Source: Singulisphaera sp. GP187 (lineage in GTDB: Bacteria > Planctomycetota > GCA-002687715). From it: a DNA stretch of 64,000 bases. Shown in pieces: positions 33,347 to 42,985 of the stretch. The stretch covers positions 817 to 64,816 of the forward strand of contig CAMDTN010000008.1 of the NCBI GenBank assembly GCA_945907755.1, in the 5' to 3' direction. Within the stretch, counting starts at the first letter, position 1. Every line of letters begins with the position of its first letter. A model generated the notes under the pieces. It ran no database searches and had not been told where the DNA came from. It worked only from the letters and a program-made list of their open reading frames with translations. Position numbers and translations under genes: made by a program.

Positions 33347-35311
33347 TCACCAGCTCAGCGTGCCACCCGGCAACTGCGCAGCCATGTTCAGCAGTGCTGG
33401 AGAAGTTGTGTTGGTGCTCAGCGGCAGCGAACCGGTCAGCACCACCCACGGCGAAGGCGCTGTGGGCACTGTGCCATTGGGTTCCAAAGTGACGAGCGTG
33501 ATCCACGCGCCATCGGTGAACTGCGGCAATGCCGGGCTCGTTGCACCGGGGCTGGTTGCCGTCAGCGCCGTCAGAAAATCTTGCCCGGGTGCTGCGTAAC
33601 CGCTGCTCGTAGTGGCACCGAGAATGCCGCCAGTGCCGGAGCCCGGCCAAGTGGTGGCATCTTCATCCGCTGCAAATCCACTGCGGAACTTTCCCGTGCT
33701 GTAGAGCGCGCCGGTGCTGCTGTTGCGCACCCAACCTTCATACACCCAACCGGCGGGCAGCGCGGGCAACACGAGAGTGGGCGCACGCGTCGTGAAATCG
33801 ACAAACCAAATGCCGTTGCGATCCACTGCCGGCGCGGCCGGCGCCAGCACTGCGGTAGGAGCTGCCAAGATGCACGCGCCTGCCACTGCGCTGAAATTTG
33901 CGAGCCCAATGCCGCCTTGAGCGCTGAGGCCTGCGACGGTGAGTGTCGCAACGCCCGCAACTGCGTTGCCAGACAACAGCGTGGCTGCGCTGGGTTGCAC
34001 GCCGGTAGCTCCAAAGGATGCAGGCAGCGGCCCGCCCTGCGCTTCGACGGTGAGAAACACCAGCACTGCTTGGGTCGGGTCTGGGAAACCCGAGCCGAGC
34101 CCAGTGCTCAAACTGTTCACAGCAAAGTTCGAAGGCGTGCCTAAAAGCGATCCGGTAGCTGGGCAAGTCACCAGCGGGCCAGCGACGCGCAAACGGCCGA
34201 GCAACGCAGGCTGCAGCGCAGTGGGCAGCATCACCCATAGCGCCAGTTCCCCCGCGCTGGCGCCGCCGAGATCCGCAGGCAAGCTGCCCGTGAATGCGGC
34301 GGAAGTCGCGGAGGCTGCGTTCATCGTCAATTGTGGCAAGGCTGCTGTGGCGATGAGAGGCACATTGGCAGCGGTCTCGCCAGATGCATTAACCGCAGTG
34401 GTTGGAATGGTTGCGCTCAGCAGGAGCAGCGGGAACGGCGCCATGGAATTGTCCACCGCGGGTTCGACCGTGACCTCTACGGACCAAGTGCCAGACGCGA
34501 GGTCCAACGCGGGCGTCGTATTCGCCACTGCATTGATGAAATCTTGGCCAGGCACCATGGGACCGATGTTGAGGCTGCCGCGTGTTGGCGTGCTTTGTGC
34601 GTCGTTGTCCGGCCGTACCGCGCTGGTGAATTGCCCGGTGCTGAATGTGTTCGGAGTTGCGCCGCTGTTGCGCACCCAACCTTGCACGCGCCATGCACCG
34701 GTGGGCGTTGGAATGCTGAGGCCTGGCGTGATGATGCCAGCGTCAGTCGATGCGCCATTGATGAACCACACGCCACTTGCGTTGGTGCTCGCGCCGTTGG
34801 TCGGTGTCATCAAAGTCACCACTCCGCTGGCGCTGGTCCAGTCACCAAGTGCCCAATTCACCGCGCCAGTCGCGACGCCCGCCGCGGTGAGTACGCAGCC
34901 CGTGGCATTCATATCTGCCGCCATCAGCACATCGCCGGGGACGCCGTCATTCGCACCTGCAGGTTCCACTGCGATGAAAAAACCTGTGGCCAGCGTGATG
35001 AACGGAAACGAGGTTCCGAGGCCTGTGTTCGCCGGGCCGAAACTGGCACTCGCAGTGGTGCCGTACAGCGTGGCGCCGTCCACGGAGGTGACGCGCTTGG
35101 GGGTAACACTCGCATCCAGCACAAACTGGCCGGTGCTCACGGGCTGTCCGGAGACCAACGCCCAACCTTCGAACATGCGCCCTGCTGTGTCGATGCTTTC
35201 GAATTGCGGCAACGCCAAGTTGAACGCGATGCGCCCGGGGGATTGATCGCCGCCGCACGCGGCGCACAACAAAAGCATGGAACAGAACGCAATCAGGTGG
35301 TGACGCCGCAT
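33347..35311 (-). CDS. Thr/Ala/Gly-rich lipoprotein made of a duplicated ~315-aa beta-rich unit (EGW/STG.F/PGQDF motifs)
   Basis: Lipobox LCAA-C after ATG 35311 (GGAG RBS); repeated GWVRNS..STG.F, G.WF, PGQDF and T.EP motifs. Confidence 0.8.
   Translation of the reverse strand: MRRHHLIAFCSMLLLCAACGGDQSPGRIAFNLALPQFESIDTAGRMFEGWALVSGQPVSTGQFVLDASVTPKRVTSVDGATLYGTTASASFGPANTGLGTSFPFITLATGFFIAVEPAGANDGVPGDVLMAADMNATGCVLTAAGVATGAVNWALGDWTSASGVVTLMTPTNGASTNASGVWFINGASTDAGIITPGLSIPTPTGAWRVQGWVRNSGATPNTFSTGQFTSAVRPDNDAQSTPTRGSLNIGPMVPGQDFINAVANTTPALDLASGTWSVEVTVEPAVDNSMAPFPLLLLSATIPTTAVNASGETAANVPLIATAALPQLTMNAASATSAAFTGSLPADLGGASAGELALWVMLPTALQPALLGRLRVAGPLVTCPATGSLLGTPSNFAVNSLSTGLGSGFPDPTQAVLVFLTVEAQGGPLPASFGATGVQPSAATLLSGNAVAGVATLTVAGLSAQGGIGLANFSAVAGACILAAPTAVLAPAAPAVDRNGIWFVDFTTRAPTLVLPALPAGWVYEGWVRNSSTGALYSTGKFRSGFAADEDATTWPGSGTGGILGATTSSGYAAPGQDFLTALTATSPGATSPALPQFTDGAWITLVTLEPNGTVPTAPSPWVVLTGSLPLSTNTTSPALLNMAAQLPGGTLSW
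33719..34683. repeat. Intragenic duplication; identical 20-mer GCTGTTGCGCACCCAACCTT at 33719-33738 and 34664-34683
   Basis: Direct repeat with 945-nt (315-codon) period, matching the protein-level repeat. Confidence 0.8.
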
Positions 35312-35400
35312 GGATGAACTCTCCGGGCTCCAAGTCGAGGCGAAGCCCGCGGCCTTGCAGCAACGACGGGATCCTACGATGGGCTGACAGGCTGCGAAAC

Positions 35401-36945
35401 TCAGCCCTCCGATAACGCGCACAGAGCCCGGGTGAGCGGATGCGCAGAAGCCGCGAGTTGCGCAGCGGCACCACCATCCACGCAGCGCCCAGCGTCGAGC
35501 ACCATGTAGCGATCCGCCAGCGCGGCTACCGGGGCGGGGTCATGCAGCACCAGCACCGCCGCCATCCCCCGCCGCTGTCTTTCAGCCGCTACAAGTCGGA
35601 ACAACGCTGCTGATGCCAGAGGATCTAACGCGGCGACAGGCTCGTCGGCCAACAACAAATCGGGTTCGGTGATCAGCGCGCGCGCCAATCCCAAACGCTG
35701 CCTCTGCCCCGCGCTGAGCTGCCCTGGCAATGTTTCAAGGCCAATCGTTGGCAGGCCCACTAGTTCCAACATCCGTTCCGCAGCGTCCAGCGCCGCAGAG
35801 CGCGTGCCGCCACACAAAGACAGCCGTGCATCCAGCAGTGTTTGCAACACAGGCACACGCGGGTTGAGACTGCCCAACGGGTCTTGGAACACGCGGCGCA
35901 CACGCCGCAGATGTTCGCGCTCTGTAGCGGCGCTTGCGCCGTGCGCGCTCGATATCGGATTCCGCGCGGCACCTGTTTCCCACTCGGATTCGCGCCAACG
36001 CAGCGAGCCTGTTGTTGGCGGAACCATTCCAGCCAGCACCGACAGCAATGTGGTTTTTCCGGCGCCAGATGGCCCAAGCACTGCGATGATCTCGCCTTCT
36101 GCGACCGTGAGATTGCAATCCTGCAATGCGTGGCGTGCGCCGAAGTGCACGCTCACATGCTGCAACTGCGCCAGCGCTGTTTGCGTGGCGCGCGCCACTG
36201 AATGGCGCGGCCCTGCAAACCACTCGTGCGGTGGCGCCTGTTCCACCACGCGTCCAGCGCTCAAGAACTGAACGCTGCCACCGAGTCTGCGCGCAAAGGC
36301 CGCATCATGAGTGGCCACCAACAGCGCGAGACCATCAGCCATGAGTTCGCGCAGTAGCGTTGCGAGCGCGGCAGCACTCCTGCGATCCAACGCACTGGTG
36401 GGTTCGTCCAACATCAACAAGCGCGGCTGCGTTGCAAGCGTGGCCGCAATTTGCACGCGTTGCGCCATGCCCACCGACAGTTCGTGGGTGCGCAACCGAT
36501 GCGTGCTCGCGTCCAAACCTAGGCGCGCCAACAAATCTGCGGCGCGTTGCGGTTGCGCCGATGCGTCCAACATTTCCCGCACCGCATGCAGCGCGCTTTG
36601 CGCTGGGTCCAGCCCACTGCCCGGGTCTTGCGGCAGGAACGCCATGCCACGGCCTCGCAGCGCGGCAGCAGCGATTGGCAACACTTGTGTGTGCCCATCG
36701 ACGCAGAAGACTGCACGCCCTTGCACCACCCAGCGCGCCGCGGGTCGCACCGCGCGCTCCCATCCGGGCAACAGTCCCGCCAGCGCTAACAGCAGCGTGG
36801 TCTTGCCTGCACCCGATTCGCCCAGCAGCGCGCAGCACTCGCCGGGCGCGAGGCTCATGGTCACACCAGTCACGATTTCTCGCGGCGCGCGCGCTTCGCG
36901 GCGCAGGGCCACGCCGAAGTCTGTTAGTTGCAGCAGTGCGCTCAT
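35401..36945 (-). CDS. ABC transporter ATP-binding protein, two NBDs (DppD/F-like fusion)
   Basis: GESGAGKT/LSVGMAQR/LDEPT and GPSGAGKT/LSAGQRQR/ADEP; start ATG 36945. Confidence 0.9.
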   Translation of the reverse strand: MSALLQLTDFGVALRREARAPREIVTGVTMSLAPGECCALLGESGAGKTTLLLALAGLLPGWERAVRPAARWVVQGRAVFCVDGHTQVLPIAAAALRGRGMAFLPQDPGSGLDPAQSALHAVREMLDASAQPQRAADLLARLGLDASTHRLRTHELSVGMAQRVQIAATLATQPRLLMLDEPTSALDRRSAAALATLLRELMADGLALLVATHDAAFARRLGGSVQFLSAGRVVEQAPPHEWFAGPRHSVARATQTALAQLQHVSVHFGARHALQDCNLTVAEGEIIAVLGPSGAGKTTLLSVLAGMVPPTTGSLRWRESEWETGAARNPISSAHGASAATEREHLRRVRRVFQDPLGSLNPRVPVLQTLLDARLSLCGGTRSAALDAAERMLELVGLPTIGLETLPGQLSAGQRQRLGLARALITEPDLLLADEPVAALDPLASAALFRLVAAERQRRGMAAVLVLHDPAPVAALADRYMVLDAGRCVDGGAAAQLAASAHPLTRALCALSEG

Positions 36946-37982
36946 GAGCGCTCCTCGGCGGCAGCGCGCCGCAACAGCGTGCCCGTGTGCAGCGTTAGTG
37001 CCGTGACGCCAGTGATCAGCACGCAAGGCAGCAACAGCAGCCGCGTCCACTGCGGCAACAACGCGCGCCCTTGTTGCAGCATTTCACCCAGTGATGGCAA
37101 CGGCGCAGGCACGCCAAACCCCAAGAACGACAACGAGCTTTCCACCAAGATCACCGCCGCCACACCGAAGGCGAAGTTCACTGCCATGGGTGCCAGCAAG
37201 TGCGGCAGCAATTCGCGCCGCAGCAACATCCACAAAGAGAGTCCATCGGCGCGGGCGGCGGCCATCCAAGGGCGGCCCAGCAGCCGCGCCGTTTCCCCAC
37301 GCATCAAGCGATAAACCCCGGCCACGCGAAATAAAACCAACAGCAGCAGCAGCCATCCAATCGACGGCAGCGCCATCCCTTGCAGCAGCAACACCACCAA
37401 CAGCACGGGGAACGCGCTCAATGCCTGCGCTGCGAGTGTGAGCACCATGTCTAACCAGCCTCGGGCCACAGCCGCAGCCACGCCTGCGAAGGCTCCCAAC
37501 AGCAACGCGCAAGTTGCAGCGGCCAAAGCCAGCCCGACGCTGTCACGCAATCCGTGCAACAAGCGCGCCGCCACATCGCGCCCAATGTGATCGGTGCCGA
37601 GTGGGTGGACGGCACTGCACGAAGCCAGTGGGCCAGCGTTGGAATCGATGCTGCGTGGACTGAACGCGATGGGCGCACGCAGCAACACATGCGCGCCGTC
37701 CAGCGCCAACACATTGTGCGCTGGGGCCAAGATTGCGAGCACACATGCCAGCAGCGCCACTGTCATCACCGCGCGCATGCGGCAACGCGCGTGCAGCATC
37801 CATCCGATGATTAGCAATGCCAGCGCCGCAACATCCCATGCAGTGGTTGCTTGCCAAGCAGGCGACAACGCAGCGCTGCCTGAAGCCAACAACGGCAGTG
37901 TGTTGCACAGCAACGGTGCGCAGGCTGCAGGTGTCAGCAGCAACAGCATCCAACGGCAAGCGCGGCGCAGTGATGTGTTCAC
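36942..37982 (-). CDS. Peptide/nickel ABC transporter permease (DppC-like)
   Basis: HPLGTDHIGRDV, AARADG, ESSLSFLGFG; GTG 37982 overlaps the upstream stop. Confidence 0.88.
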   Translation of the reverse strand: MNTSLRRACRWMLLLLTPAACAPLLCNTLPLLASGSAALSPAWQATTAWDVAALALLIIGWMLHARCRMRAVMTVALLACVLAILAPAHNVLALDGAHVLLRAPIAFSPRSIDSNAGPLASCSAVHPLGTDHIGRDVAARLLHGLRDSVGLALAAATCALLLGAFAGVAAAVARGWLDMVLTLAAQALSAFPVLLVVLLLQGMALPSIGWLLLLLVLFRVAGVYRLMRGETARLLGRPWMAAARADGLSLWMLLRRELLPHLLAPMAVNFAFGVAAVILVESSLSFLGFGVPAPLPSLGEMLQQGRALLPQWTRLLLLPCVLITGVTALTLHTGTLLRRAAAEERS

Positions 37983-39550
37983 GAGCGCCTCCCGTAGGTG
38001 GCGCGGCGCGGGTCTAACCACGCTGCAACGAGGTCCGCCAGCAACCATCCGAGCAGTGCGAGTGCGCTGCCTAAAGCGACGCAAGCCATCGCCAAGGCAA
38101 CATCGCCATTGCTGGCGGCAACCCACGAGACTTCGCCCATGCCTTGCAGGCCGAAGATGTGTTCGACCACGACAGAGCCACCCACCAACACGGGCAGCGC
38201 TGCGCCCAACAATGTGACCACCGGGCTTAGCGCGTGGCGCAACAGATGCCGCGTCAGAATGCGCCGTTCTGGCACGCCGCGCCCGCGCAGCGCCAACACC
38301 CACGGTTCGCGTTGCAAGTCTTGCAACGCTGCGTGCAGATGTGTCGCCAGCACAAGTGCCCCACCTAGTCCGAGGACGATGACGGGGGCCACTTGAATCG
38401 TGCCGTCATTGCCGCGGCTAACGAGCAACAGCAGCGTGCCTAGGACAACTTCTGGAGTGCTTGCGGCCAGTGCAGCCAGCAATGCCAAGCTGCGCCGCAT
38501 GATGGCGCTGCGCGTGTTGCTCCACAGAATGCCGAGCGGCACGGCCAGCAACAGCATGAACAGCAGCGCGGATGCGCCGAGTCGCAGCGTTGCAGGCAAA
38601 TGCTGCGCCAACACGCTGCTGACGGGTTGGCGGTATTCCAGAGATTCACCGAGGTCACCAGCCGAAGCCGCTGCACACCAGCGCCAGAAACGGGTGTGAG
38701 TGATGTAACGGGTTGCAGCAGTGAATGCGCTGGGTTTGGTGAAGCCCGCGCGTTCGCGCCGCCACCAGCGTTGGAGGCGCGCCTCCAGCGTTTGCACCGC
38801 CACACTATGTTCTCCTTCGCGCGCCGCGGCTTGAGTGTCCAACGCGAGGCCACTGATGTGCGCGATGCAGTCCCAAGCGGCAAGGCGCGAGGCGAAGGGC
38901 GCCGTCGCTTGGCGCGCCATCAGGCTTTCCAATGCGAGGCCACCAAGCGCCAGCACGCGTTCAGTTTCTCGGCGCAAGATTTCGCTTTGAACGGTTGGGT
39001 TCATCGACGCAGCAGTCACCGCGTCCATGAACGCCGCAACCGAAGCGTCCACGCCAGCGCTGGCCCAAGCCTGCGACAGTTTTGAATCGGCATTACCGGC
39101 GGCGGCCGTGTAGATGCGTGCGACGAAACTATCCCACTGCGCCCCAAACGCAGCGTCCTCCGCTGCCCAGCGCGCATTCGGCGGCGCTGCGTGGCGCGCC
39201 CATCTTTCGACCAACACCGATCCGTTCAGCACTGCGAGAGCCCCGTAGTGTTCCACGCGTGGCCAAGCTGCCATGTCCGCGCGAGCAGCAGCTATCGCCG
39301 TGGCCGCGGTGCGCTCGGGGCACGGCTCACTTGTGTTCCACAGCAACGGTAAGTGCAGCCCCAGAGATTCGCGCACCATCTCGCGTTCTTCCGGCGTGTA
39401 AGTGCGCCGCGCAGTGACCATGGGCGCATCCGCCGCAATTGGCCCATCTGGCAACAGCGTGGACAACGCCGCAAAGGCCAGCAGCAGCACCAGCACAAAA
39501 ACGAAGCTGGCTGTCAACAAGCGCAGCAGCACCGCGCGCGCGAAGCTCAT
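37979..39550 (-). CDS. Peptide/nickel ABC transporter permease (DppB-like) with a large extracytoplasmic insertion
   Basis: GDLGESL..RQPV, LPATL.L, GSVVVEHIFGLQGMG; about 210 extra aa after the first TM. Confidence 0.88.
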   Translation of the reverse strand: MSFARAVLLRLLTASFVFVLVLLLAFAALSTLLPDGPIAADAPMVTARRTYTPEEREMVRESLGLHLPLLWNTSEPCPERTAATAIAAARADMAAWPRVEHYGALAVLNGSVLVERWARHAAPPNARWAAEDAAFGAQWDSFVARIYTAAAGNADSKLSQAWASAGVDASVAAFMDAVTAASMNPTVQSEILRRETERVLALGGLALESLMARQATAPFASRLAAWDCIAHISGLALDTQAAAREGEHSVAVQTLEARLQRWWRRERAGFTKPSAFTAATRYITHTRFWRWCAAASAGDLGESLEYRQPVSSVLAQHLPATLRLGASALLFMLLLAVPLGILWSNTRSAIMRRSLALLAALAASTPEVVLGTLLLLVSRGNDGTIQVAPVIVLGLGGALVLATHLHAALQDLQREPWVLALRGRGVPERRILTRHLLRHALSPVVTLLGAALPVLVGGSVVVEHIFGLQGMGEVSWVAASNGDVALAMACVALGSALALLGWLLADLVAAWLDPRRATYGRRS

Positions 39551-41325
39551 GGAGGTGGTGCGCGTTCGAAGGCTTCACGCAGCACGAAATCGCGATACCA
39601 GATGCCGAGGTCGTGCACTTTCACATTGGCGAAGCGGCGGCTCACCGCCACGCACGAAGCGGAGGTGTACAAGAACGCGCAAGGTTGCAGTGCTGCGAGG
39701 CGTCGGTGCAACGCGCGGCGCGCTTCGCTGCGTTCGCTGCGCTCGGGGGCGGTGCGTGCGCGGTCCAACAGAGCATCCACTTCGCTATCCACCAACCCGC
39801 TCAGATTCGCGGCGGGCGTGCTTGCGAAGCGCGAATGAAAGTCTGCGGTGAAATCGTATTCCACTGGCGGTCGCAACGAATTCAAGAACAGCGCCGCTTC
39901 GTGACGCTTGGCTTGCACTTCAGTCACCAGCGTGCCGAAGGGCACCTTGCGCAGCACCACTTCGACACCGATGGATCGCGCGGCTTCTTGGAAACGCAGC
40001 GCGGGTGCCTCAGCCCAAGCCACACCCTGAGGCAGCAGCAGTTGCAATGTCGCCTTCACGCCTTTGCGCTCCAACCAACCGTCGGCATTGGCAACGAAAC
40101 CTGCGGCTTCCAGTTGCTTGCGCGCGAGCGGCGGATCGAAGGCCGGAACCGGAACTGTGGCGTCGTAGTCCGCATCGCCGCGCCATGCTGGGCCGCTCAC
40201 TGGCCGCGCACGCTCGCCGTGAAGGCTGCGGCACAATTCCTCGCGCGGGAACAGCAGTGACAATGCCTGACGCACCGCCACATCCCCCAGGAGCGCATGA
40301 GGCTTCGAAGAATCCTGCGTGTCGCGCAGGTTCCACAACACGATGGATTGATTGGGCAGGAAATACCAAGTGAGCCAGCACTGTTCGCGCAAGCGAGCGT
40401 CGGCCTCCATGCTGGCGAAGTTTTCGTGGCGCACGGTGTCCACGTGGATGCTGCCGTCGCGCAAGCCAGCAGCGCGCACTTCTTCTGGTTGGAAACGAAA
40501 CTCCACACGCTCCAAATATGCCGGGCCCGTGGGGTGCATGCGCTCGCGCCATTCTGGGCGCAGTTCAAACACCAAGTGCGCAGGCGTCCAATCAGCGACG
40601 CTGTAAGGCCCGAACCCCGCGTGGCGCTGCTGCATGTTCAACGCAGCGCGGTCTGCGGGCAGCGTATGTGCCGGTGCCACCGTGAACTGCATGCCGAAAT
40701 GAATGGGCGCAAGTTCGTGGTCTTCGCTGAACTCCACACTGAAGCGTTGCGCATCGAGCGCGGTCACGGCAACCACGCCATCCAATTGTGCGCGGCGTGC
40801 ATCTGCGCGCACTTCGGGGTCGCGGATGGCGGCAAAACTTGCCGCGTAGTCTGCGGATGTCACCGGCACACCGTCGTCCCACGCAAGGCCTGCTTTCAGC
40901 GTGAAGATCCAAGTGCGCGGCGCCGCAGCGCGCACAGGCATGGCCGCAGCGGCACAGGGGCTGACGCTGAGCACGCCATCAACGCGGTCGGGCTCTTCCA
41001 TGAGCAGATAGGGCACCAAGAAGAACTTGAACCATGCGCGGTCTTCTTCACTGGACCAAAGCAGGTTGTTCAGCGTGGTCGGCGAACGCCCGCGCCCAAC
41101 CACCAAGGTGCCGCCCACCCACTCCTTGCGGAAAGGCAGCTTGCGCAGGTCGTGCCAGCGACCGATGTCTGGGTTGTCGATTTCGGCAGCAGGCGCGGCA
41201 GCAGGCACTGCGGATGGTGCGCTCGTTGATGGCGATGCATCAGCGCCACACGCACCAAACGAGCACAGGCAGGCGCAGAACAGCACCAAGAAACCAAACC
41301 GAAGCGAATCTGTTGCGGCCAGCAT
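39547..41325 (-). CDS. ABC transporter substrate-binding lipoprotein, family 5 (DppA/OppA-like)
   Basis: Lipobox FGA-C; FTLKAGLAWDDGVPVTSAD, GFGPY, VRQALS, FDPPLARKQLEAAG. Confidence 0.9.
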   Translation of the reverse strand: MLAATDSLRFGFLVLFCACLCSFGACGADASPSTSAPSAVPAAAPAAEIDNPDIGRWHDLRKLPFRKEWVGGTLVVGRGRSPTTLNNLLWSSEEDRAWFKFFLVPYLLMEEPDRVDGVLSVSPCAAAAMPVRAAAPRTWIFTLKAGLAWDDGVPVTSADYAASFAAIRDPEVRADARRAQLDGVVAVTALDAQRFSVEFSEDHELAPIHFGMQFTVAPAHTLPADRAALNMQQRHAGFGPYSVADWTPAHLVFELRPEWRERMHPTGPAYLERVEFRFQPEEVRAAGLRDGSIHVDTVRHENFASMEADARLREQCWLTWYFLPNQSIVLWNLRDTQDSSKPHALLGDVAVRQALSLLFPREELCRSLHGERARPVSGPAWRGDADYDATVPVPAFDPPLARKQLEAAGFVANADGWLERKGVKATLQLLLPQGVAWAEAPALRFQEAARSIGVEVVLRKVPFGTLVTEVQAKRHEAALFLNSLRPPVEYDFTADFHSRFASTPAANLSGLVDSEVDALLDRARTAPERSERSEARRALHRRLAALQPCAFLYTSASCVAVSRRFANVKVHDLGIWYRDFVLREAFERAPPP

Positions 41326-41377
41326 GTTCGTGCGGGCACGAGTTTATCAGCCGCGCGGTACCATCGCGGCACACACC

Positions 41378-42985
41378 ATGCCCGCGCTGCGCACGCTGCT
41401 GCTTTCATCGCTCGCACTTGGAGCCATCGTCTTCTGGTGCTGCGGTCTTGGTGGTGAAGAGCGCGCGGAATTGGTGATTGGCAACGGCCCAGACCCCATG
41501 AGTTTGGACCCGGCGCAGTGTCAAAGCGTGGCGGATGGACGCCTGATGGCTGCACTGTTTTCTGGGTTGGTCACCCTCGACCCAACGGGTGGGCCGCCGC
41601 AGCAAGGCATGGCTCGGCAATGGACGGTTTCTGAACATGGGAAACGGTGGAGCTTCAATCTGCGGCCCGAATTGCGTTGGAGCGACGGCACAGCACTCAT
41701 CGCCCCCGATTTGGTGTGGAGCTATCTGCGTTTCTTGCAACCCAGCACCGGCGCGCGCATGGCGGACTTGCTCGACTGCGTTGTCGGCGCAGCAGATCAT
41801 CGGCGCGGACTGGCTCCGGCCTCCGCCGTTGGCATCACAGCGAGCAGCGCTCATGAAATCGTCTTTCAACTGCGCGAGATCCACCCGTGTTTCTTGACAC
41901 TGCTGGCCCAGTTCCCGTTGTTCCCAGTGCCGCGTCATGTCATCGAACGCCATGGCAGCGCTTGGACGCGCACCGAAAACTTTGTCTCGAATGGAAGCAT
42001 GCGCCTTGTCAGTCGCCGCTTGCGCGACAGCATCCGCCTAGAGCCCAACCCGCACTGGCTCTCCAAAACCCCCAACGGTTTGCAGAGCCTCGAATTCCGT
42101 TGCGTCGATAACCCCGCAACGCTGCTGAACCTGTATGTGGCCGGCGAAGTGGACATTGCGATGGATGTGCCCATGGCCGCGATGCCCACGCTGCTGGCGT
42201 CGCCCCACGCAGCGCCCGGCAGCGAACTGCGCCGCCATACGCGCTTGGGCACCTATTTCTTGCGCCTGAATGTGCGCCACCCTAGTTTTGAAAACGCCGC
42301 AGTTCGCAGCGCACTCGCGCTGGCAGTGGACCGCGTAGCACTGACCACGCGCTTGCTGCGCGGGGGCGAAGCCCCCGCATGGAACTTCACGCCGCCGGGA
42401 ATCCACTGCGGCACCCTGCTGCACCAAGCTCCCCCGCCGCAGCACGCCACGCTTGCAGCCGCACAGAAGTTGCTGCAAACGGGGTTGGCCTCGCAAGGAC
42501 TGCGCGAACTCCCGCCCTTCGAATTACTGCACACCACCGATCCGTTGGACGCCGCCGTTTCAGAATGGCTGCAACAGCGCTGGCAAGAGATCGGCGTCAC
42601 ATGCCGTGCTGTGGCGCTGGACGCACGCACGCTGCGCACAAGAATGGCCGCTGGGGATTACGCCGCCGCGCGCTCGACTTGGATGGCGGATTACGACGAC
42701 GCTTCAAACTTTTTGGAGTGCTTCGAGAGCACCAGTGCGGCCAACCGCACTGGCTGGATAAGCCCCGCTTACGACGCGCTGCTGCGCGAAGCCCGCACCT
42801 TGGTGGGCGACGACGCCGCTCGCAGCGCGAAGCTACGCGAAGCAGAAACACTGTTGCTGTCCGCGGGCCCCATAGTGCCGCTGTTCCATCACGCCAGCCG
42901 CACGCTGGTGAAACCTTGGGTGCGCGGTTTCACGCCCAATCCACTGGAATGGGTGAACCCCGCTGCACTCTGGGTGCAGCGCTGA
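41378..42985 (+). CDS. oppA: Oligopeptide ABC transporter substrate-binding protein OppA-like
   Basis: GPDPMSLDP, FSGLV, LRWSDG, VSNGSM, VRSALALAVDR, WMADYDDASNFL; start ATG 41378. Confidence 0.88.
   Translation: MPALRTLLLSSLALGAIVFWCCGLGGEERAELVIGNGPDPMSLDPAQCQSVADGRLMAALFSGLVTLDPTGGPPQQGMARQWTVSEHGKRWSFNLRPELRWSDGTALIAPDLVWSYLRFLQPSTGARMADLLDCVVGAADHRRGLAPASAVGITASSAHEIVFQLREIHPCFLTLLAQFPLFPVPRHVIERHGSAWTRTENFVSNGSMRLVSRRLRDSIRLEPNPHWLSKTPNGLQSLEFRCVDNPATLLNLYVAGEVDIAMDVPMAAMPTLLASPHAAPGSELRRHTRLGTYFLRLNVRHPSFENAAVRSALALAVDRVALTTRLLRGGEAPAWNFTPPGIHCGTLLHQAPPPQHATLAAAQKLLQTGLASQGLRELPPFELLHTTDPLDAAVSEWLQQRWQEIGVTCRAVALDARTLRTRMAAGDYAAARSTWMADYDDASNFLECFESTSAANRTGWISPAYDALLREARTLVGDDAARSAKLREAETLLLSAGPIVPLFHHASRTLVKPWVRGFTPNPLEWVNPAALWVQR

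Noticed and set aside
41027-41377. N-terminal extensions in the ORF track (41027, 42379, 43602, 43997, 47250, 13078, 31861, 38303, 50394 and others)
   Set aside because: They overlap neighbouring genes; downstream starts with stop/start coupling, RBS or family-typical N-termini were used instead.
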